64,000 nucleotides of DNA from Bdellovibrionales bacterium. GTDB taxonomy: Bacteria > Bdellovibrionota > Bdellovibrionia > Bdellovibrionales > UBA1609. Each line of letters starts with the position of its first letter. Position 1 is the stretch's first letter. The translations under genes and the position numbers were made by a program. This document shows positions 21,873-32,698 of the stretch, one piece after another. The notes beneath the pieces were generated by a model. It was not told where the DNA came from. It worked only from the letters and a program-made list of their open reading frames with translations, and searched no databases. Location of the stretch: contig CBDHDF010000002.1 of assembly GCA_965261545.1 (NCBI GenBank), positions 512,001-576,000 of the forward strand, given 5' to 3'.

Positions 21873-22234
21873 TCTCAGTGCCCATTGGGTTGACTTAGTT
21901 TTCATAAGCTTTGAAGTAGATCCTAAAATTTTAGCACCTCATTTACCTTATGGAACAACACTGGATTTCTTTCATGGAAAAACCTATATCAGCCTCGTAG
22001 CATTTCTATTTAAAGATACCAAATTGGTAGGAAGAATTCCTGCCATCTTTCATCGAAACTTTGAAGAGATTAATCTAAGATTCTATGTTCTCAGGCAAGA
22101 AGGGCAGAATTTAAAAAGAGGGGTTGTTTTCATCAAAGAGTTTGTACCCAAGCCACTTCTTGCTTGGGTGGCACGGACCTTTTATCATGAAAATTATGCC
22201 AGTCTCCCCATATATAGCAAAATCAAAAGGGGAG

Positions 22235-25200
22235 TGTTAGGCGCCAATTAAAATTGGCCATTTTTAGAAGCCGTCGCCAATGAAAAACGGCCAGTTGATG
22301 ATGTACTGATTTAGTTATTCTTCGTTCAGAGTTTAGTCAAGTGTCTTTATTTTGCTCATCATTTAACTCGGACTATGCCACAAGATTCTGAGGAATGATT
22401 TTCTGCCCACCACTTTTGGCATGACCCCAAATGCATCCTTCAGCCCTATGGCAGAGGTAAATGGAGTATTTTTCAGGATTCCTTGGCGCAGCTAATGTCT
22501 AAAGCTCCGCGAGAGTGACGAGCAAATAGTACGGTAAAAGCCAGTTATCCATAAATTTATCCATGGCGACACTGCGGCTGTGACCCCGATGTCTAGCAAC
22601 GCAGTGCTGCTGTGGATAAATTTTGTGGATAACTGGCGAGTTCCTTCCCCAAAAGTGGGGATCTCTAATGAACTTCTTTGGTTGAACTTTCCTCTTTGCT
22701 CTGTTTAGACTTGGCTTTTGCCGATTCGGTTCTCCAACTTTCTTTTCCTTCAATGTTGAGGGTTTCACAGTTGTGAATGATTCGATCAACAGCAGCAGCG
22801 GTGGTAATAGGGTTAAGAAACACCTTATCCCATTCAGAGTATGTTAAGTTTGTAGTGATCATGAGACTTTTCCTTTCATATCGCTGAGATATGAATTGAA
22901 AGAAAAGATCTGCCCCCTCTGTGCAGGAAGCTGTATAGCCAAGTTCATCACAAGCAATAAGATCAAAACGGTCTAATTTCTTAAAAAGAGCATTCAATGA
23001 GAGTTCTTTCTTGCTTTCACGCATTGTTTCAATAAGTTCATGAGTGGTGACCCATAAACATCGATAGCCTTGTTCACAGAGTGAACGAACTAGGGACATG
23101 GCCAAATGACTTTTCCCCATTCCAAAGCTTCCGTAAAACACAACATTACAGGCTTTTCTGACCCACTCTCCCTCTGCCATCCAATTAATTTGCTGAGCTG
23201 TCACTCCCGTTCTTTTCTGGAAGTTATAAGTTTGGAGTGATTTAAGTTGAGGAAGCTTGGCCCCCTTAAGCAATCTTTTCACTCTCTGGGAATGCTTGTC
23301 AGCAAGCTCATTTTGAACGAGTATACCTAAATACTGTTCATACGTCTTTTTTGTTTTTTCGGCAACTCTAGCCGTTGCAACATATTCATCCGCCATCGCT
23401 GGAAGTCGGAGTTTTTTAAGAGAACCTATAAGTTCTTCGTGATTCATTAAGAACCTCCTATGTTTGGAACAAGACTGTCATATTGAGACAATCTAGGTTG
23501 AAGTGGTTTTTGTTGGTCATTCAAATTAATTTTGGTGGGATTGCCTAAGAGCAAATCTTTTATGGATTTAAAGTCGAAAATCTCACGACTTTCTAATTGA
23601 AGCTCCATGGCTGTAGATAAGTCCTGCCAACTCACATGCTGAATCAAGTTGATAACTCTTAAATATTCATGCTCGGCACGGCTTGAATCTTGTTGCTTGA
23701 GGTATTGATAAAAATTTTCAAACACATTTGTTGGAAAAAGAATGGATCGGTGAGCCCATCTTACCATGGCTTGCGGCTTACGAACTAAAGAGGGAAGGAT
23801 ATGTTCAAGAAGAAGACTATGCTCCCCATCAGGTTTTCTTTGATGGCGAGCGACAATTTCTTGCTTCCCTCCTGCACGATAGATCGTGACATGATAGGGA
23901 CCCTGTACGGTTTTACAGGGAGATTGGATCACCTCATCAGGTATGGAATATGTGGTTTTACCTATTCTCAAAGTCCCATAACCATTACTTTGACAAATAT
24001 TCACCTTACAGAGAATATCTTCATCTCGTGGAGGCAAAGGCTTAAGAACTTTGGCCTCCTCCTCAAAGCGAGATTTGGTGGAGTCACTCTGATGCTGATC
24101 CATATAAGACTCTAAAAACTGATTCAAATGATCCCAGTCTTTAAAAACAATTCCTTTGTTTCTAACAATATTTTTTATCCGAGAACTGAAGGTTCGAATA
24201 TCACGCTCCACATCTCCCTTGTCAGAGCCCTTCCCTGCGCGGCAGGGAAGAACCTTAAATCCATAGTATTGGATGGCTCGATCAAAAGATTGGGTGTAAA
24301 TTCGCTGATTTCCTTTAAGAACTTTCTTCACACAGGGAGATAAATTATCAATACGGATGTTCGCACTCATCCCACCTATCTTTTCAAAAAAAGCATGCAC
24401 CCCATCGATGAAACACTCATAGACAAGAAAGGGGTAGGCACGAACCCAACAGGTGCCACTACAAGGCAATGTTCCAAAATGGAGATGAACGATCTGAACA
24501 CCATCGGCAAATGGTAAAGCAACCTTCTCCTTAAAATCAAACTGAGCCTGTTCTCCAGGATCATATCTTTGGCTGAAAAAACGCTCCTTGGGGCGAGAAC
24601 CAAGAATCTCACAAACTCTTCTCTGAACCGTTCTCTCACTCCCACGATAACCCTCCTCAACTAATAGCTCATATATTTCACGGGCGGTGTTACTTGGGTT
24701 CAACTTCAAAAAGTACTTCACCCGATCCATATATCCATTAAGGGGATCTGGGCGAGTTCTTTTGGACCTCGCCTTGTACTTCGGTGGGGTGTTGGACTCA
24801 CAGTACTTGCGCACCGTCTTACGATTGATCCCTAATTCACGAGATATTTCTGTCTTATTTTTACCACTGTGACTCAGGTCACGAATGCGGCCGAAAGTGT
24901 ATTGACTAATCATAAGATCCTCCTCATTGCTAACCTTTTGAGTTGCAAGAGGGAGGGACTCTGTGAGCTTAGTATCTATATCAGAAGAAGAGACTTCATT
25001 GTCTAGTATTTGAACACTCCCTGAAGATTGGTCACTTTTCATTGGCGACAACCTCCATATTGAAAGTGGGACATTTTAATTGGCGACGGCTTTAAGGGAA
25101 GCCTGTCTTTAGAAAGAAATTCCATGAAAATTGAGGCAAATGTTGGAATCTTGTGGAATTTAAATACTTTAGAAAATGGGCACAGCCTAAACAGGCTTTT

Positions 25201-25480
25201 CTTGACTATATATTTAACCTCATTGAAATCCAGAAACAGTCTACAAATGACAAATATGGAACCTGAATAGGCTGTCATGGAAGGACTCTCCAACACGGAG
25301 CCCCTTTCCAGGTCGACAAGAACCCAAAAGGAGTTCTTATCAGCTCGGAGCCTTTTTATGAGTAATATCAATTGATTATATGCGTCTCGGTTGACAATGC
25401 CAAAAATCACCATAGGTCCTCCTCTGAAAAGTGGCCACTTTTCATTGGCGACGGTGGGGCATTTTAATTGTCAGCTAACA
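22235..25480 (-). mobile_element. IS21 type 1, copy 2 (istB 22665-23447, istA 23447-25051)
   Basis: Near-identical to 9070-12315; 5-bp DR GGGAG. Confidence 0.95.
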
Positions 25481-26214
25481 GGGAGAACACTACAAGTACC
25501 AGTGGAGTTCTCACAGTGTAACCGTTCATTCCAGTGGCAAACTACTAAAGGCCACAGAGCAATCCCTGGATCGATGGATTACAGAGCACTACTGGGGTTA
25601 CACTCGCATAGGAGGACCCCATAAAACATGGGAGTACAAAGTTCAACACCCCGTGTGGGACCTCTACGTAGTCACTGGTCACCATTTAGATGTAAACTTT
25701 GAAGCACTTTATGGACAAGAATTTGAAACTTGTACAGCAACTCAGCCCTCCTCTGTAATTTTAGCCCAAGGCTCTGAAGTAAATGTCCACTGGCCTAAGC
25801 ATATCAAAGCAACAGGTCTCCATTCATGAAGGAGAGCCTTAGTCTCTGCCTGAATACTCTAATGACAGGTGCCCTTTTACGTCACTTATGTTGAAAAGAT
25901 TGATAGTTTTTGCCGCCACCCCCTTTCATGCAACCTCATTCACTTTAAAGCCTCTCAGGTCGAACCTCAAGAAATCAAATAGCATAAATAGCGTTGTCCC
26001 AAAAATGGCCTCGTTTAAATAGGAGGTCGCCTTAAATGGACCATGGGTGGTCCATTGAAGATATTTAAATATTTCAGAAAAAAAGTGTGTCATTTCATAA
26101 TGATAAATACTTTTCTTTTGCACACACCTCATATCTTGACCCAAACTTTGGTCAATGGAATGACAGTGAGATGGTGTGAGTTCCTTGAAACCCACTTAGG
26201 TTTGAATACAGATT

Positions 26215-26230
26215 TGGCATGATTTATGCT
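26215..26230 (+). promoter_or_regulatory. Sigma54 (-24/-12) promoter
   Basis: TGGCATGATTTATGCT fits GG-N10-GC and lies upstream of a sigma54 activator gene. Confidence 0.65.
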
Positions 26231-26532
26231 TATAAAAATCTATGAAAGCATTTTTTAATTTACATCATTTGAACTTACATCATAAAGGCTCATATATTTT
26301 TAGGTCTATATTAGAAACCACATCTTTTGATTTACTCCCCATCATAGCCTCTAAATATTACAGGAAAGAAAAGAACTAAGAGGAATTAAGAATAAGGTGT
26401 CACGCCCACCTATATATGAAAGACATGTTCATAACATGAAAGACATGCTCATATAGTTCATATAGATATATAGGTCGTATAAAGGGCTGTAGGCAATAGA
26501 TTCGATTCTACAATAGTGGGAGGTATCAATCA

Positions 26533-27963
26533 ATGAACTATAAAATTCTTATCGCCGATGACCAAGAATCTGTTCTTGATAATTTTCGAGAAATGTTCAA
26601 AAACCATTTGGACATTGAGCCCACCCTGACCCAACAATCCTTGGATGCCTTAAAGCTTATCCAAGAAAACCCCTATGATTATGCCGTTGTTGTTCTGGAC
26701 TATCATTTTGAAGGTCAAAAACTCAATGGAGCGCAGGTGGCTCAAGAGATTCTTAAGATCAACCCCAAGCTGATTGTTCTTATTTGCACAGGGGACATGG
26801 GGCGAGAAGCTCCTATTTCTTGTCTCAAGGCCGGAGTGAGTGACTTCATTCAAAAAGACGAACCCCTTGATAAGATTATTGCTAGAATTAGATCCAATTT
26901 TAGGAAGTTTGATGAACTCTCACGAGTGGTGACAAGCAAATCCACCCAATGTCAGTCCCACCAAAAAGAATTTGAAGATGCATCTCTGATTTCAAAATTG
27001 GGTATGGTCGGTTGCTCTGCATCTATGGCTTCAGTGGCACAAAAGGTCTTGACCTTGAGTAAAAATGGAGGGGATAAATCGACAATACTTATTCGTGGTG
27101 AGTCGGGAACAGGAAAAGAGCTTGTTGCAAGAGCCATTCATGAAAACTCATCTCGAAAGGCAAAGCTTCGCATTGATATCAATTGTGCTTCTATTCCAGA
27201 GGGTCTTTTAGAATCAGAGCTTTTTGGCCATGAAAAGGGAGCCTTTACGGGAGCGGATAAAAAGCGACTTGGTAAGTTTCAGGTGGCCACAGGTGGTACA
27301 ATTTTTCTTGATGAAATTGGTGAAATGCCCAAAGAACTTCAGGCTAAACTTCTTCGAGTCTTACAAGAAAAAACCATTGAACCCATTGGCTCCAACTCTC
27401 CCATACCTGTGGACGTTCGAGTGATTGCCGCAACACATGTGAACCTTGAGGAAAAGGTTGAATCTGGGGAATTTAGGGAAGACCTCTTTTATCGACTGAA
27501 CCAAATACCCCTCTTTATTCCCTCCCTAAGAGAGCGTCCCGAAGACGTTGCCCCCTTGGTCACCCACTTTATGGACAAGCACTCTGGGAGAGAAAAGAAA
27601 AAACTTATGTATAAGACCTTGCAATACTTAAAATCTTACCAGTGGAATGGCAATATTCGTGAACTCGAAAACACCATCAAGCAATTGGTTGTTTTAACCC
27701 CCAGTGATGAGATTCGTCCAGAGCATCTTGATGCTAAGATATTTGAAGCCAACAGCAGGGCGGCCACAATGTCGTATCCAGAGTTTAAAAATATTGTGAA
27801 TAAAAAAGTCGAAGAGGAAGAAAAAGAATTTCTTGTCTCAAGAATAAGAGCTTATCCCTCCTTAAGGGCTGCGGCAAAAGCTCTATCTATACCAAAAACT
27901 TCACTCCAGAGAAAACTCTCTGAATGGGGATATTCTTCAAAGGGCGAGGGGGTGTTGGTATGA
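26533..27963 (+). CDS. Sigma54-dependent response regulator (NtrC family: REC-AAA+-Fis HTH)
   Basis: ILIADD, VVLDY, GESGTGKE, ESELFGHEKGAFTGA, FREDLFYRLN, WNGNIREL. Confidence 0.96.
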   Translation: MNYKILIADDQESVLDNFREMFKNHLDIEPTLTQQSLDALKLIQENPYDYAVVVLDYHFEGQKLNGAQVAQEILKINPKLIVLICTGDMGREAPISCLKAGVSDFIQKDEPLDKIIARIRSNFRKFDELSRVVTSKSTQCQSHQKEFEDASLISKLGMVGCSASMASVAQKVLTLSKNGGDKSTILIRGESGTGKELVARAIHENSSRKAKLRIDINCASIPEGLLESELFGHEKGAFTGADKKRLGKFQVATGGTIFLDEIGEMPKELQAKLLRVLQEKTIEPIGSNSPIPVDVRVIAATHVNLEEKVESGEFREDLFYRLNQIPLFIPSLRERPEDVAPLVTHFMDKHSGREKKKLMYKTLQYLKSYQWNGNIRELENTIKQLVVLTPSDEIRPEHLDAKIFEANSRAATMSYPEFKNIVNKKVEEEEKEFLVSRIRAYPSLRAAAKALSIPKTSLQRKLSEWGYSSKGEGVLV

Positions 27964-30774
27964 GTTTCTTAAAAACAATGGAAGACTATCTACTCAAAAA
28001 GGCTATAAAGCATATTGGAGGCCAAAAAAACATGGCCATTCAACTGGACATTACAAATGCCTGCAATCTTAAATGTTCCCACTGTTACCATTCCAATCAT
28101 AAAAATACGGGAGCTTTAAACCTTGAAGGCTGGCTTGAGATTCTTGACCAGTACGACAAGATGCTTCAAACTCTCAAGCTACAACCCTATATTGTGATTT
28201 GCGGTGGGGAACCCACATTAAGCCCCCTGAATTCATGGTTAAAAATATACACCAGGATTATTCTTCTTCAAAAATTTTGAAAAAATCTCATTTTCAAAGG
28301 GAAAATTCAATTTTTTCTTAGATTTTAATAAAAAATCTATTTTCATTTTCTCAAAAATGGTGTATAAAATATACACCATGACAAAGGGGGTGAAATGAGT
28401 TTTATAAGAAGAATAAAGAAAAAGAACGGTCAAGTTTATTTAGCTGAGGTTGAAAATAAGTGGATTGATGGTAAGTCTGTGCAAAAACACATTCGTTATC
28501 TTGGCAAAGAAGTCGACGGTGAAACAGTAATTTCTCTTTCATCAAAAGATCTTCAAGTTGATAGTGTAAAAATTTATGGCCCACTTCTTGTATTTCATAG
28601 TATTGCGAAGAAGATTAATCTTCCAGATATTCTAGGAGAATATTCTAATGAAATATTAAGTATGGTTTATGCTCATTGTATGGATTATAAGAGTGTTCAC
28701 AAAATGCCATCATGGTATAAGCGTACAGATTTAAATCTTCTTTTAGGTTTAGACAAGCTAACAGAAAATCGTTTAGTCTCAGCCATGGATAATCTAAATG
28801 AATCTAAGATACATGAATATCAAAGAAATATCTTTAACAATGTAAAGAAGATATATAAATTAAATTCAAAAGGAATTGTTTACGATGTAACAAATACTTA
28901 TTTTCATGGAAAAACATGTGGTTTTGGAGAGAAAGGAAAGAGTAAAGATGGCAAACGTCAAAATGACCTCATACAAATAGGTTTAGCAACAACTCAAAAA
29001 GAAGGCATCCCAGTTTTTCATAAAAGTTTCAAGGGAAATATTCATGACAGTAGAACCTTAATGTCTCTTTCAGATAGTTTTAGTGAGTACCGATTGAATT
29101 CAGGTTTATTTGTATATGACCGAGGCATCACCTCTGAAAAAAACCTAAATTCTATAGGTAAAATGGGCTGGAAAACACTTTGTGGATTAACAATGAGAGA
29201 AAAAGAAAAGAATGCCATTAGAAAATTGTTGAAGAAGGGGTCTATGGATCAATTTTCTAACATGGTTCAAATAAATGGAAATGTTATTTATGTCAAAGGA
29301 ATTCCACACAAATTTGGATCGATTAAAGGAAAATTAGCCATTTGTTATAATGAGACTAAGAGAATAGAGATTAAAGAATCTAGAAGAAACAAAATTGTGG
29401 AAGCTCAGAAATTAATAAATGAAAATAAAGAAATTTTGATCGGTCTTGATAAATATTTAACTTCTACAGGAAGATTAAGAGAATTCGTACTTCAAAATGC
29501 TGAAGAATTTGATGGATACTCATGTATTTTTTGTACTAAAAATATACCTGATGAAGATATGGTAAGACTTTATTATGATAAAGATATTATAGAAAAAGCA
29601 TTTCGTACTCTTAAGGGAGTATCAAAGTTAAGGCCTATTCGATTTAGATTAAAAAAACGTGTGGAGACTCACGTGTTTATATGCTATTTATCTTATCTTA
29701 TACTATCAATTTTAAAATTAAACTTAAAATCTAAAGGCATAGATATATCGTCAGAAAAAGCAATTGAAGATTTAGAGGATATGTACAATGTTTATTTTTG
29801 TGATAATAAAAAGAAAAATAAATTTATTAGATCTGTGACTTTAAGTAAACATCAAGAAAGAATATTACGATCAGTAGACTCAAATGTTCTCAAAAACCAT
29901 GTGATACGCCCTTAAGAAACCTGGTGTATACTTCTGGGCAGAAATTCAGGTAAGCCCTTATCTCTTTTCTATTCTAAAAAGAGCCAATGAGCTTTGGGAA
30001 AGTCCCACCATTACGATTCTCACCAATGGCACAAGGCTTACGGACAAACTACTGTCTTCCCTCAGTGAGTACAATATGCGGTTTCAAGTCTCTTTAGATG
30101 GCCCTGATGCTAAGAGGCATGATGCTCTTCGTGGTAAAGGGAATTTCCAAAAGGCACTGGAGGGAGCCAAACGGGCAAAGCAGTACGGCATTGAGACAAA
30201 CATTTTAAGTATTTTATCAAAGAAGACCTCCCATTGGATTCCAGAGTTCTTTCAAATGGCCAAGGAAAACAGCCTTGATTCCATGAGTTTTACAAGATTT
30301 ATCCCACAGGGTTTTGGCGCAGAACTTGTCGAAACGGGTGGGGATGATTCCTTATATGGTTTTGAGTTAAGAGATGCCATGCAGTCCATCATCCATTTTT
30401 CAGAAAAATATGAAGTTCCAACTTCAACAGACCACCCCTTATATCACCTCATTGACCCCACGCTTGGTCATAATGGCCGTTTTGGATTTCAGGGCCTTGT
30501 TGTGGATTACAAAGGTAACTTGAAGGTCTCCAGCAGAGCCGACTACATACTTGGAAATATACTCGACGAAGGTCTTCAAAATTTATTTTTACACCATCCT
30601 TTGATGAAGGATTTGAGAACCCCCCAAAAGATCAATGGGTGCGGTGCTTGTATGTATTATACCCGATGTGGTGGAAATAGAAATATAAGCTATGCCACAA
30701 CAGGAAGTTTCTTAGAAAAAGATAAAGGATGTTGGATTCCGTCAGCATCTACAAAGAAAGGAGTTGTCGCATGA
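27960..30774 (+). pseudogene. Radical SAM/SPASM-domain enzyme split by IS1634
   Basis: CNLKCSHC, GGEPTLSP|YLFSIL...ILTNGT...QVSLDG and CGACMYYTRC...GCW. The frame is restored when 28226-29950 and one TAAGCCC are removed. Confidence 0.92.
28226..29950 (+). mobile_element. IS1634-family element (transposase 28395-29915)
   Basis: CCTGAATT / AATTCAGG ends; DR TAAGCCC; YDVTNTYF, YDRG and IEKAFRTLK..LRPI motifs. Confidence 0.92.
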
Positions 30775-31145
30775 AGAAGTTAATAAGAAAAAGTATTTTA
30801 GGAATTATATCTCTTATGCCAATACAAGCATTAGGATTTGCTTCAGATTTTTCCTCAATTTTTTTATCAGACATATATGAAGATAGTGCTCCAAATACTG
30901 CAAACCAAGAATATGAAAAAGAACTTGTGAGACGACTTGAAGAGGGAACACTGTCTCATAAATATTATGATTTCATGGAAAAGCATAGAATACATAGCAC
31001 GGATGATCTATTGTCTTCTCGATCTCAGAATCATTTAAAGAAGCTCACAAGAGAATTTATTAAAGATATCCATGAACCACTTCTTGCAAGTAAAAATGTG
31101 ATATTATCAGAAAATCTAAGCGACGCATGGCCAAAGAAAAAATGA
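30771..31145 (+). CDS. Small secreted protein (124 aa); candidate radical SAM substrate or precursor
   Basis: ATGA overlap with the radical SAM stop; AAGGAG RBS; Sec-type signal MKKLIRKSILGIISLMPIQALG; C-terminus ...LSDAWPKKK. Confidence 0.75.
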   Translation: MKKLIRKSILGIISLMPIQALGFASDFSSIFLSDIYEDSAPNTANQEYEKELVRRLEEGTLSHKYYDFMEKHRIHSTDDLLSSRSQNHLKKLTREFIKDIHEPLLASKNVILSENLSDAWPKKK

Positions 31146-32698
31146 AAAATAAAAAGGATTTTTGTATAATGAAGAAAATATTATTTTTAACTACCTTAAT
31201 TATGGCTATATCTTTTATTTATTGGATAGGTAGCCAAAAGGAGAAAGGTGAGATGATCTTAAAAGTAGGATATCCTGGCAATTGGCATGACCTTATACCA
31301 TCACTTCAACATACGGCTTATGCTGACGATATCATGCATAACCAATTTGAAACATTAGTTGTTATTGGCAGAAATGGAAAATCTGAAAGCATGGCCGCCA
31401 AATCGTGGTCCATCAGTGATGACAAAAGATCATTTACTTTCAATATTGATACAACTCGTAAATTCTCCAATGGAGTTTCGTTATCAGCAACTCACTTCAA
31501 GGAGGCATGGGAGTATAGTCTCACCATTGATCCAAAATCTTCAAATAATAGCTTACTCGATGTTCTTTATAAAATTAAAGGATTTGAAGACTATGAAAAA
31601 AATGGAGAAATATCTGGAATTAAGGTTATTGATGACTCTACTTTAAGAATTGACTTTCAGAATACTTTTCGCATAGGTCTCAATCATTTGGCTGGAACAA
31701 GAATGGCTGCCTTCATAAGGGAAGGAAATAAGTTTCTTGGCACAGGACCCTATGTCATCAACCCAATAAGCAGTGAAGAGCTTCTTCTTACTAAAAATAA
31801 TTTCTATGAAGAGTCGATACCTTTTGACAAGGTGAGCGTCAAAGTTGTTCCTCCTCAGCATTCTCGTGATGCGCTAGGAAGAGGTGAAATTGATCTTTAT
31901 AAATTTGCTGAGATTGGTTATATTGATTCTTGCTTTGATAAAAATGTAGAATGTATTTCTGGCTCTGAAAATCGCCATATAGCTATAGCACTTAACGGAA
32001 TGAAAAAGCGTCTTCTAAGCAATACCAACCATCGGAAAGCCCTTCAATATTTATTCTTTGAGAGTTTCACTGACAAAGATATACCAGAAGAAGATCGTTT
32101 AAAAATTCAAATTGACCCCCAAATATTTTTACCTCTTCAGGCAGGAAGACTTGAAGACAAGGAGGCAAGTAGAATTATCCATGAAGGAAAAAAATATGTG
32201 GATGATTTTATTAAGGCAACCCATGAGAGTCCTCTCTATCTAGCAGTATCTAATAGCGTATTATGGTACAAATCTTATCTTGAAAAGAAAGGAGTCCAAT
32301 TTTCTGAAAATTCTATTGATTTTCAAGGGGAGGAACTGGCAAAAATGTATTATAAGACCTTTGAACCAGATATGATGATTTCATACAAAAGCGTTTTTGA
32401 TGGTGACCCTGATGGAATATATCATACTATCGGAGAAAAAGGAGCTATCAGTTCGCCCATGTTATACCGCAAAGATGTGCTAAAACTTCTTGAAGAAGGC
32501 CGTAAAATACTTTCTTTTAAAGATTTATCTTCACATTACGAAAAAGTGGCAAGAGCTTTTTTGCATGAAATTCCATTTATTCATGTGGGTTTCCTAAAAG
32601 AAATGTCTATCATAAGAAAAGATTCTGTAAAATCAGAAAATAATTACAATCATCGTAATAGTGTTCGGTTTACAAGCTACCACCCCATGAGGAAGTAA
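31142..32698 (+). CDS. OppA/DppA-like (family 5) solute-binding protein, N-terminally anchored
   Basis: QFETLV...AAKSWSISDDKRSFTF, GTGPY; ATGA overlap with the previous gene; no adjacent permease or ATPase genes. Confidence 0.85.
   Translation: MKNKKDFCIMKKILFLTTLIMAISFIYWIGSQKEKGEMILKVGYPGNWHDLIPSLQHTAYADDIMHNQFETLVVIGRNGKSESMAAKSWSISDDKRSFTFNIDTTRKFSNGVSLSATHFKEAWEYSLTIDPKSSNNSLLDVLYKIKGFEDYEKNGEISGIKVIDDSTLRIDFQNTFRIGLNHLAGTRMAAFIREGNKFLGTGPYVINPISSEELLLTKNNFYEESIPFDKVSVKVVPPQHSRDALGRGEIDLYKFAEIGYIDSCFDKNVECISGSENRHIAIALNGMKKRLLSNTNHRKALQYLFFESFTDKDIPEEDRLKIQIDPQIFLPLQAGRLEDKEASRIIHEGKKYVDDFIKATHESPLYLAVSNSVLWYKSYLEKKGVQFSENSIDFQGEELAKMYYKTFEPDMMISYKSVFDGDPDGIYHTIGEKGAISSPMLYRKDVLKLLEEGRKILSFKDLSSHYEKVARAFLHEIPFIHVGFLKEMSIIRKDSVKSENNYNHRNSVRFTSYHPMRK

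Larger units (their letters stand above)
20183..25829 (+). pseudogene. DUF2071/YqjF-family gene interrupted by two IS elements
   Basis: MHPVNHEDAPPVFLSA|HWVDLVFISFEVDP...FEEINLRFYV...KRG|EHYKY...WITEHYWGYT... The frame is continuous once both IS elements are removed. Confidence 0.85.
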
